From a virus, in IMG/VR virus record IMGVR_UViG_3300045988_098325: a stretch of 36,595 bases of DNA; one strand, 5' to 3'. The notes beneath the pieces are model-generated. The model was not told the origin of the DNA and ran no database searches. It saw nothing but the letters and a program-made list of their open reading frames with translations. Position 1 is the stretch's first letter. Every line of letters starts with the position of its first letter. Shown here in pieces: positions 19,114 to 26,537 of this stretch. The translations under genes and the position numbers were made by a program.

Positions 19114-19656
19114 ATGGAAATAAGAGCAGGGAAACGCAATCTCACCATTATACTCCCCGGCCACGAAACACCAGCCGGCGAACCAGACGACGGAGGACAT
19201 GCCATCACCATGTCATGGGACGCACTCGCCTCATGGCAAGCACTGCTCGGCATCGAATCCGTAGGCGAAACCATCGCAGTCATGCTCAAATCCGCCACCA
19301 ACCACGAACACGAAACCATCGACGAGAACGGACGCACCCCATGGACGATCTCATACGAAGCGCTCGAGGCAGCACTCAACGACACCGTGCCAGACACACT
19401 ATCACTCGACAGCAGCGAGGCACACCTCAACGATCCACTCACCGTCGCACGCCACCAGACACTAACAGCACTGGGAGCGACAACCAGAAACTATGCACTC
19501 AAACAACATGCCCGCACCGCACAGACAGACGGACTCGACATCCACGCAATCAACCAGCGCATGCAAGACAACGCGCTCGCCGACCGTCTCGAACAGGCAC
19601 AGGGCAGGTTCTTTGAGTCCCTCATGCCACAACAACACCCACAGCAGGAACAATAA
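19114..19656 (+). CDS. Hypothetical protein (tail/lysis junction)
   Basis: 180-aa ORF with an AAAGGA ribosome-binding site. Confidence 0.6.
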   Translation: MEIRAGKRNLTIILPGHETPAGEPDDGGHAITMSWDALASWQALLGIESVGETIAVMLKSATNHEHETIDENGRTPWTISYEALEAALNDTVPDTLSLDSSEAHLNDPLTVARHQTLTALGATTRNYALKQHARTAQTDGLDIHAINQRMQDNALADRLEQAQGRFFESLMPQQHPQQEQ

Positions 19657-19671
19657 AGAAAGGATCTGGGA

Positions 19672-19854
19672 ATGAATGAAAGCAACCAGTTGATGGTGGA
19701 TGACATCCTGGCGGAACTCCAATCACAGATCGGAGACCAGGCATGCACCATCGCCATACTCAAAGCCGAGAACAAAATGCTCAAAAAACAACTCGACAAC
19801 GCGCAAACACAGGGGGGTGATGGCAATGACGGAGATGCGCAACCGGCTGCATAA
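19672..19854 (+). CDS. Hypothetical small coiled-coil protein
   Basis: 60 aa with an RBS-like GAAAGGA upstream. Confidence 0.5.
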   Translation: MNESNQLMVDDILAELQSQIGDQACTIAILKAENKMLKKQLDNAQTQGGDGNDGDAQPAA

Positions 19855-20092
19855 TCCGCGTCCGTCCGGCACGGCTGCATGGCTGCTGCACAACGAGTAT
19901 TCGGATCAGCCAGCGTCGATTACAGTGACGTCCGACGCCCTCACGCTCACCGATGCGTCCAATCTCGCGCACATGCAGGAGCTGGGCGTCACATGGTGGT
20001 GCGGCGACGGATACGACCGCAACGGGGTGGGGCGTCCCAGTGACGCTCTCGTAGGTTATCCACCATGCGAGCGCTGGACGGTGGTCGCATGA
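19820..20092 (+). CDS. Hypothetical protein
   Basis: The ATG at 19820 lies inside ORF 19700..20092 and gives 90 aa. Confidence 0.45.
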   Translation: MAMTEMRNRLHNPRPSGTAAWLLHNEYSDQPASITVTSDALTLTDASNLAHMQELGVTWWCGDGYDRNGVGRPSDALVGYPPCERWTVVA

Positions 20093-20577
20093 CGGAGACC
20101 ACTAACCGTGCGAAAGACCCGTGGGCCATCCGGCTCAAGCCCACGGTGAATTGCACCGGCGCTCTGGCTGGGGATGCGAAATACTACACGTACACGCTCA
20201 CCGACCCCACACAGAATGGCACAATAGAATGCTACAACGGCAACGGTACGGTCGGATACGTGTATTACGCGCGATTCACCTGCGCGGACAAGGCGAAGGT
20301 ATCGCTCGCCTGGTGCTACATGATCGAATCCAAGGCGGATTGGATTGCCGGCGCCTGCCAGAGGGAGTCGCTCATGCGCCTCGTCATGGCATCCGGCTGC
20401 CCGCCACTCAAACTCCATCACGTCGGCATCTACACGATGGACGACTGGCAGCACCTGCGCGAACTCCACGACAAGGGCGACCTTGTGGAACCGTGGTTCG
20501 CGCCACCAATCAATGATCCCGGATACGGACATGTCACAACATACCAACAGTTAGGGGAGGTGAATCAGGGGAATTGA
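20089..20577 (+). CDS. Hypothetical Cys-containing protein
   Basis: The ATG at 20089 overlaps the upstream stop (ATGA). 162 aa. Confidence 0.55.
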   Translation: MTETTNRAKDPWAIRLKPTVNCTGALAGDAKYYTYTLTDPTQNGTIECYNGNGTVGYVYYARFTCADKAKVSLAWCYMIESKADWIAGACQRESLMRLVMASGCPPLKLHHVGIYTMDDWQHLRELHDKGDLVEPWFAPPINDPGYGHVTTYQQLGEVNQGN

Positions 20578-21029
20578 ATTTCCTCAGTGTCGAGGTGGTC
20601 ACGTCGTTGGCTGGTTTGGCGACTGGTTTCGGCGTGAGCAATGTCACCACGTGGCTGCTCAGCCGGTTCGACCGGCGTCACCCGGCCGTGGACGTGGACA
20701 GGATAGTGCGTCGCATCGAGGAACTGAATGAGCGAATCGACCTGTCCACGTTGGCGGACAAGCTCGACGCGTTGAACAACGCCGTCATCGAACTCGCCTA
20801 TCTGCGTATCCGTGAACGGCATGAGACAGCGATGCGCCACGGGTGGATGCACCCGAACGAGAAACACGTCCTCGAACGGTTGTACGCCGCCTACCACTCT
20901 ATCGGTGGCAACGGGGTCGGCACGCAGATGATCGAGGAGATACGCAATCTGCCGTCCGTGCCGCCACGAGGCGACCCGGCCAGACGCATGTGCGAGGAGC
21001 GCACGGAGACCACCAACGACAACGACTAG
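20574..21029 (+). CDS. Hypothetical membrane-anchored protein
   Basis: TTG start, with an N-terminal hydrophobic segment VVTSLAGLATGFGVSNVTTWLL. Confidence 0.5.
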   Translation: MNFLSVEVVTSLAGLATGFGVSNVTTWLLSRFDRRHPAVDVDRIVRRIEELNERIDLSTLADKLDALNNAVIELAYLRIRERHETAMRHGWMHPNEKHVLERLYAAYHSIGGNGVGTQMIEEIRNLPSVPPRGDPARRMCEERTETTNDND

Positions 21030-21087
21030 ACAACATCATGGCCACGGCAATCACGCTGCGGCCTCTTTTCATATGAAAGGGACAACA

Positions 21088-21426
21088 ATGAATATTCGCA
21101 CGAAGAGCTTCGCGGAACTCGCCGCCACGCTCACTGCCGGAGCCATCGCGGTGAGGACATCGAATCCGATGGTCAAGGGCGCGGCCATATTGGCCGCCGC
21201 CGCATTGACGGTGCATGTGTGGTGGAAGAACCAGCCCGTCACCGAGGCGGCGGTGAAGGGCCAGCAGATGATCGACAGCATCAAGACCGCGCAACGCTAC
21301 GGCAATGCCGAGGACATGCCGGACGGGCCCGCACCGATCGCCGATGACGTGGACGGCGCGTACATGGCGGACAATGACACCGACGCAGATGCCGATGCTG
21401 ATGCCGATGCCGATGCCAAGGAGTGA
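21088..21426 (+). CDS. Holin-like two-TM membrane protein with an acidic (DA)n tail
   Basis: AAAGGGA lies 6 nt before the ATG at 21088. There are two hydrophobic segments, and the gene lies directly upstream of the endolysin. Confidence 0.5.
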   Translation: MNIRTKSFAELAATLTAGAIAVRTSNPMVKGAAILAAAALTVHVWWKNQPVTEAAVKGQQMIDSIKTAQRYGNAEDMPDGPAPIADDVDGAYMADNDTDADADADADADAKE

Positions 21427-21429
21427 CAT

Positions 21430-22326
21430 ATGGTCGCCATCAAAAGAGAGATAGTCAACCCAGGGCACGGCCACCTCGCGCCATTCCTGCTCGCCGTGCA
21501 TTCCACGGCGAATCCGGGGGCGACCGCGCGCAATCATCGTGACCTATGGTCACGTGGCTACGACTACGCGGTGCATCTGACCTCCGACTGGACGGAGGCG
21601 ATCCAATGCGTCGAATACGACCGGTTGTGCTGGCAGGTCGGCAACGGCAACTCGACGTGTATCGGCATCGAGATATGCGAGGCCACCAACGCCGCGGATT
21701 TCCAGCGTGGCTTCGAGATCGCGGCGCAGGTGTGCGCGCAGGTGCTCATACAGCGAGGCTGGAATACGAGTGTGATGCACCCGCACCTGTGGTTCTCACA
21801 GACCTACGGCGGCTCAGATCATGTGGACCCATTCCCGTATTTCGCCCGGTTCGGGCGCACATGGGATGACTTCGTGCGACTTACACAGCAATACATCAAT
21901 GGAGGAGGAATCATGGCAATCTCGGATAGTGACGCGCGGAAAATCGCGAAATTCGTATGGGAGTATGGCGTGCACGGCGTGCAGGCCAGCGACCGGTTGA
22001 GGGGCATCGACACGGCCGCGAACAACGTCAACGGCATGTTGACGAAAAACAACGAGTGGAAGTGGCTCACCAACCGCGTCTACCGTCTCGCCGACATGTT
22101 CTTCAACCGCACCGACGCCGCCGGCAGCGGCATGGTGGACGACAACGGCAAGGAAGTCAAACGCAACCTCTACGACCGCATCGTATGGTGCGACAAACGC
22201 CTGCGCGAACTCAACCCGTACAAGACCGGTGAACCCAGGAGCCTGCCGGTGGGTGTCGCGCTCACCAACGAACAGATGGACAAGCTCGCGGCCATCGTCG
22301 TGGCCAAACTCAAGGAGGCAGAATGA
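21430..22326 (+). CDS. Endolysin, N-acetylmuramoyl-L-alanine amidase (Amidase_2/PGRP type)
   Basis: Motifs AVHSTANPGATA..., CWQVGNGNSTCIGIEICE and GGSDHVDP. Confidence 0.85.
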   Translation: MVAIKREIVNPGHGHLAPFLLAVHSTANPGATARNHRDLWSRGYDYAVHLTSDWTEAIQCVEYDRLCWQVGNGNSTCIGIEICEATNAADFQRGFEIAAQVCAQVLIQRGWNTSVMHPHLWFSQTYGGSDHVDPFPYFARFGRTWDDFVRLTQQYINGGGIMAISDSDARKIAKFVWEYGVHGVQASDRLRGIDTAANNVNGMLTKNNEWKWLTNRVYRLADMFFNRTDAAGSGMVDDNGKEVKRNLYDRIVWCDKRLRELNPYKTGEPRSLPVGVALTNEQMDKLAAIVVAKLKEAE

Positions 22327-22652
22327 GCGACAATCTCGATAATCTCAACGACCATCCGGCCTACGACGACAGTGACCAGGCGTTGCCCGACAGCATGCCC
22401 ACCCACGAGCCCGCGCCGAACCCGACTCGCGTATGGGTGCGGGCCGCGCTCATACGCGCGCTGAAAACCATGGCACAGGCGGCCATCGGCGTGCTCGGAA
22501 CCGGCGCAGTAGGACTCATGCAAGCCGACTGGGCAAACGTGCTCTCCGTCGCCCTCATGGGCGGCGTATTGAGCCTGCTCACCAGCATCGCCGGAATCCC
22601 CGAGGTGGACGATGGGTCAAGCCTCGCGAGCATCACAGACAGCGCAAACTAG
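22323..22652 (+). CDS. Holin (r1t/LL-H-like)
   Basis: 109 aa, with hydrophobic segments AAIGVLGTGAVGLM and LSVALMGGVLSLLTSIAG. It overlaps the endolysin stop. Confidence 0.7.
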   Translation: MSDNLDNLNDHPAYDDSDQALPDSMPTHEPAPNPTRVWVRAALIRALKTMAQAAIGVLGTGAVGLMQADWANVLSVALMGGVLSLLTSIAGIPEVDDGSSLASITDSAN

Positions 22653-22694
22653 GGAATACCAATGAGTCACTAGTGGATCGCGGTGAATCACGAA

Positions 22695-22950
22695 CTGCCT
22701 TTGCTGGCTGACAGGCAGGCTTACATTTACGCCCCCTATATATATATCCCTAATATATATATATAAACATATATATGTATAATGGAACGTAAGTTTGTAA
22801 GCCTTGGCCTGTCAGCCCAATGTTTCCAATGGTTTAGAGCATGTGCCCGAACGTAAGACTATGTAAGACCTGTGTGGGGTGTGTAAGACCTTACACAGAG
22901 TCTTACATGGTCGTACGTGATTGACGTAAGACCTAGAATTCGTGTTCGCC
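22695..22950 (-). repeat. Copy B, the inverted copy of the multi-copy element, with its 30-bp core flipped relative to its flanks
   Basis: The reverse complement matches copies C and D apart from a few substitutions. The exception is 22870..22899, which has the same plus-strand orientation as in C and D. Confidence 0.95.
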
Positions 22951-22963
22951 GCAGCTGCAATGA

Positions 22964-23015
22964 GCCCCGCCCCACTCGCCAACCATGGTGAGCGGAGCGG
23001 GGCGATTTTTGCGTT
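22964..23015 (+). terminator. Rho-independent terminator of the late/lysis operon
   Basis: A 17-bp imperfect stem (22964..22980 pairing with 22987..23003, 2 mismatches), followed by GATTTTTGCGTTT. Confidence 0.7.
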
Positions 23016-23039
23016 TACGGTGGCGCGCCGTGAGACAAT

Positions 23040-23561
23040 ATGCATATGGAAACCATCGAAAGCGCCATAGCAGTCATCCGCAACTCCGGCCGAATCCTGC
23101 TCACCTGGGACGACGAATGGGACTGCTGGCTGCTGCCCAACCAAACCATCCACGAGCCAGACACCCCAGACCACGCGCTGCGCTCGCTCGCCATCGACTA
23201 CCTGCCATGCATGCCGACGCGACTGTACGACATACCGCCCACGCTCATGGTCGACAGCCACAAACCATGCCCGCAGCATGACGACGCGATCCGCCACTAC
23301 GTGTACACGATTGGGTTTTATGACATCTATCCCGACGCCGATTATAGGTACGAGGACGTTTACAACCATCACCTCATCGACATCGACGACTGGCAGGGCG
23401 AATGCGATTTATACGGCATCGACCATTTCATGTTCGACATCGGCATCGAACCAGACAGGCGCACCTGCACATGGTGGACGATCGACGAGATGCGCGCAGA
23501 CCCGCGCATGCGGGCGGTCAACGGCGACCTAATCGACACGCTCGAACTCATCTATGCCTGA
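23040..23561 (+). CDS. Hypothetical protein in a moron-like position. The N-terminus resembles the start of a Nudix fold, but no Nudix box is seen.
   Basis: 173 aa. It begins AIAVIRNSGRILLTWDDEWDCWLLP, and no GX5EX7REUXEEXGU motif was found. Confidence 0.6.
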   Translation: MHMETIESAIAVIRNSGRILLTWDDEWDCWLLPNQTIHEPDTPDHALRSLAIDYLPCMPTRLYDIPPTLMVDSHKPCPQHDDAIRHYVYTIGFYDIYPDADYRYEDVYNHHLIDIDDWQGECDLYGIDHFMFDIGIEPDRRTCTWWTIDEMRADPRMRAVNGDLIDTLELIYA

Positions 23562-23823
23562 CTGCTGCCAGCGCCGAGCATGGCCGGATAGGCGTCACGC
23601 CAGCCTCCTGGTCGGCGCGCCGCTCCACCCACTTATCCACGCGACAGCCGGCATCCATGTGGCGCGCGTGACTGATCTCATGCGCGAGCACACAACGGCG
23701 CTGCACGTCCGTCAGACGCGAATCCAAGACGATCAGATCCAGACCGGGCGCGTAGAAGCCTTCATAGCCGACCGGCAACGGCTGTTCGGCCACACGCGCC
23801 CAGCGTGACGCCTCAATAAGCAA
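23548..23823 (-). CDS. ImmA/IrrE-family metallopeptidase (short form)
   Basis: HEISH (HEXXH) sits in the context RRCVLAHEISHARH. TTG start; last gene of the leftward immunity operon. Confidence 0.7.
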   Translation of the reverse strand: MLIEASRWARVAEQPLPVGYEGFYAPGLDLIVLDSRLTDVQRRCVLAHEISHARHMDAGCRVDKWVERRADQEAGVTPIRPCSALAAVRHR

Positions 23824-23850
23824 CTCGTTCAGAACAACTCCCGGGACGAA

Positions 23851-24570
23851 TCAGTCGTTGAGATGATCGATGGCGTACTGCGCTTCGGATTCAGTGAACT
23901 GGCCACCGTATTCGCTCATCAGCTGGTCCTTGACCGCGGCCTCGCTCATCTCCATCGTGTCCCGGTACGTCTTCGCCTGTTCCAGGGCGTTCTTGTTGTA
24001 ATCGGCCTTCAGGTGATCGATGGCGTACTGTGCGGCCTCCGCAGGGAACTGGCCGCCGTATTCGCTGGTCAGCTGGTCGTAGATGCCCTGCTTGCTCAGG
24101 TGCATCATATCGGAATACGTTTCCGCCTGACTGAGCGCATTGCGATACTCGGCCGGAACGTTGTTGTCTGTGGATTCAGGCTTTTGCTCGGTGGCGTTCT
24201 GCTCGGCCTCCGTGGTCTTCTCATCCGCGGCCTCCTGTTTCTCCTCCTCGGCCTTCTGCTCTTCAGCCTGGTTCTTCTCCGCGGTGCCCGCGGACTGCGA
24301 CGTCGACGACGACGGCTTGGCTTCCGTCACCGACTCCTTCTTGTCATTGGATCCGCCGGCGCTCGCCGCGATGGCGATGACGACAACGACGATGATCACC
24401 CAGAACCACCACTTTTTCCAGATCGGCTTCTTCCCGTCGCCCTTCGGCGGGGTGGCGGGCGTCGGCTGAGGCATCGGCGGCTGCATTTGCTGCTGCACCG
24501 GAGCCCCAGCAGGCTGGAACTGCTGCGCGGCATTTCCCTGCGACGATGGCATGGTATTCGGATCACTCAT
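23851..24570 (-). CDS. Membrane-anchored protein with two Ltp-like repeats (putative superinfection exclusion)
   Basis: The ATG at 24570 follows GAAGAGGAA. The TM segment is WWFWVIIVVVVIAIAASAGG. The duplicated motif is NAL.QA.TY.D.M..S......QL.SEYGGQF...EAQYAIDHL. Confidence 0.7.
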   Translation of the reverse strand: MSDPNTMPSSQGNAAQQFQPAGAPVQQQMQPPMPQPTPATPPKGDGKKPIWKKWWFWVIIVVVVIAIAASAGGSNDKKESVTEAKPSSSTSQSAGTAEKNQAEEQKAEEEKQEAADEKTTEAEQNATEQKPESTDNNVPAEYRNALSQAETYSDMMHLSKQGIYDQLTSEYGGQFPAEAAQYAIDHLKADYNKNALEQAKTYRDTMEMSEAAVKDQLMSEYGGQFTESEAQYAIDHLND

Positions 24571-24683
24571 GATGATTCCTCTTCTCTTTGGTTCAGTGAC
24601 GCCCCTAACAACCTGCGCCTTGACTTTCCCGGCACCCTTATGAATGCCGGGCCGGCACCGCAACAATACGGCGCCAAAACTTC

Positions 24684-25074
24684 TTACGGCAGATCCTCGT
24701 ATTCGGTCTGCTCACGCTCGATATCACCCTTCTTCGCGGCAATGTCGAATTGATCCATGTGCGACGCGACATACGCAGCCTGCTCATCCGCAGACCACCC
24801 AGAAATGGACTGCGCCATATCGCTGTCGATAAAATGGCCGGCAGCGTCGACGTTGACCTGTGTCTGCCGCATCGCGTTGACGAGTGCGAACACGTCGTTG
24901 CAGCACAGGATTGGGGCGAGTCTGTCGAGCTCGTCGATGGTCCACGGCTTCAGCCCCCTTGATATGTAGTGAGGCGTAGGACTGGGCGCGCCCGATGATC
25001 CTGCCGGCCTCTTCCTGTGCCACACTCTTCGCCTCGGGCGCTTGTCGCACGGAGGGCCGGTTGCTTTGTCGCAT
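24684..25074 (-). pseudogene. XRE/ImmR-like repressor with its reading frame broken at a homopolymer (plus-strand C5 at 24954..24958)
   Basis: ORF 24784..25074 encodes the first HTH helices (SVAQEEAGRIIGRAQSYASLHIKG). ORF 24684..25025 encodes the continuation (LKPWTIDELDRLAPIL...). Removing one G would fuse them into a single protein of about 129 aa. Confidence 0.7.
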
Positions 25075-25109
25075 GCCCCGTGTCGGGGGGTTCCTCCTTT
25101 CTAACCATG

Positions 25110-25222
25110 AGCTAAGTATAGCACATTTAAGCTGTCTTACAGGTATTTCGACACGCCGTGTAGCTCATATGAGTTGACATACCTTAACGGTTGTGCTTTA
25201 CTGTAATCAGCTCAAACGAGCT
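25110..25222. promoter_or_regulatory. Divergent immunity-switch region: rightward promoter plus AGCTC-N4-GAGCT operator-like palindromes
   Basis: The promoter is TTGACA (25174..25179), a 17-nt spacer, then TTTACT (25197..25202). The operators are AGCTCAAACGAGCT (25209..25222), AGCTCATATGAGTT (25162..25175) and the weaker AGCTAAGTATAGCA (25110..25123). Confidence 0.55.
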
Positions 25223-25236
25223 AGAAAGGAGGGCGA

Positions 25237-25515
25237 ATGAGCAACACCACTGCGATAACCCGAGCAATAGAAGCGGAACTCGCCGCCGCCCATGTCACCA
25301 AGAACCAACTCGCCGACCAGCTTGGCATAGCGAGAAGCAACCTGCTGAGACGATTCAACGGCGAGGTCCCTTGGAATATCAACGAGGTGGAAATCGCCGC
25401 AAACTGCACCGGACTCTCACTCTGGGAACTCATGAGTCGAGCAGAAATGAGAGCAAACACCCCCAAAAAAGCAAAAGAAAAGGCACCCGCCGACACGGAT
25501 GCCCAGTCCAAATGA
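25237..25515 (+). CDS. Cro-like HTH regulator
   Basis: 92 aa with the HTH TKNQLADQLGIARSNLLRRFNG, divergent from the repressor. The RBS is AAAGGAGGG. Confidence 0.7.
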   Translation: MSNTTAITRAIEAELAAAHVTKNQLADQLGIARSNLLRRFNGEVPWNINEVEIAANCTGLSLWELMSRAEMRANTPKKAKEKAPADTDAQSK

Positions 25516-25527
25516 AAGGAATCCCAA

Positions 25528-26313
25528 ATGGACACCAATCAGATTACACGGTTCGACTTCCACGGCGCAAACGTGCGCGTGCTCACCGACGAGCATAACG
25601 AAACGTGGTTCATCGCCAAGGACATTTGTGACGTCCTCGGCATCGACACGAATCACGCCCGCGAAGGGCTTGATGATGACGAAATCACAAACCTCCGTAA
25701 TACGGAGGTTTGGAACCGACCGGGGCGCGCGCCACTGATCGTGAGCGAGGCTGGTTTCTACAAGCTCGTGCTCCGCTCACGCAAGCCAGTCGCCAAGGAA
25801 TTCCAGCGCTGGGTCACCCACGAGGTGCTGCCGAGCATCCGCAAACACGGCGGATACATGGCAGGACAGGAGGCCATGAGCCCCGAGCAGATGCTTGCCG
25901 CGAGCATGCGTTGGCTCGAAAGCCGCATCGCCGAACAACAGGGGCAGATCGACGCGCAGCAGGCCCAGCTTGACGCGCAGGCACCCAAGGTGCTGTTCGC
26001 GGACGCGGTGAGCACCTCGAAACGCTGCATCCTCGTCGGCGAACTCGCGAAGATCCTACGTCAGAACGGCGTCGACATGGGCGAGAAACGGCTCTTCGCG
26101 TGGCTGAGGGAACATGGCTATCTCATGCAGCGCAACGGCGTGCGTAACTTCCCGACGCAACGCTCCATGGACTTGGGGCTTTTCCAAGTCAAGGAAACCC
26201 CGATCGTGCATTCGGACGGGCACACGACGCTCAGCGTCACGACCAAGGTCACGCCGAAAGGACAACAGTATTTAATTCAGAAGTTCCTCGGGCACAAGGA
26301 GCAAACCAAATGA
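25528..26313 (+). CDS. Antirepressor (Bro-N plus KilAC/ANT C-terminal domain)
   Basis: Motifs FDFHGANVRVLTDEHNETWFIAKDICDVLG, EFQRWVTHEVLPSIRKHGGYM, and a C-terminal LFADAV...GELAKIL... Confidence 0.85.
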   Translation: MDTNQITRFDFHGANVRVLTDEHNETWFIAKDICDVLGIDTNHAREGLDDDEITNLRNTEVWNRPGRAPLIVSEAGFYKLVLRSRKPVAKEFQRWVTHEVLPSIRKHGGYMAGQEAMSPEQMLAASMRWLESRIAEQQGQIDAQQAQLDAQAPKVLFADAVSTSKRCILVGELAKILRQNGVDMGEKRLFAWLREHGYLMQRNGVRNFPTQRSMDLGLFQVKETPIVHSDGHTTLSVTTKVTPKGQQYLIQKFLGHKEQTK

Positions 26314-26537
26314 GCGAATACGAACACGCCTACGGCAACGGCGAAACACATGACGCCACAGCCGACCTCTACGTGTCCTACCTAAACCGGCTATGCGACT
26401 CCCACACGGAACCCGAAAACCTCATCAGCCAATACATCAACGACACCGAGGCCCACTACCGCGCCGCAGTCAACCGCATCATCACCCGCAAAACCGCGGA
26501 ACTCAACCACACCGAACCACAGGGGCAGGAATCATGA
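26310..26537 (+). CDS. Hypothetical protein
   Basis: 75 aa, overlapping both neighbours by ATGA. Confidence 0.55.
   Translation: MSEYEHAYGNGETHDATADLYVSYLNRLCDSHTEPENLISQYINDTEAHYRAAVNRIITRKTAELNHTEPQGQES

Noticed and set aside
22361-22636. A 91-aa minus-strand ORF downstream of the inverted repeat, as a protein gene driven by copy B
   Set aside because: It is entirely antisense to the holin gene. It has no RBS or start adjacent to the repeat (the GGCAGGAA/ATGAAC end is not conserved in copy B) and a low-complexity composition. An antisense RNA remains possible, but not a protein.
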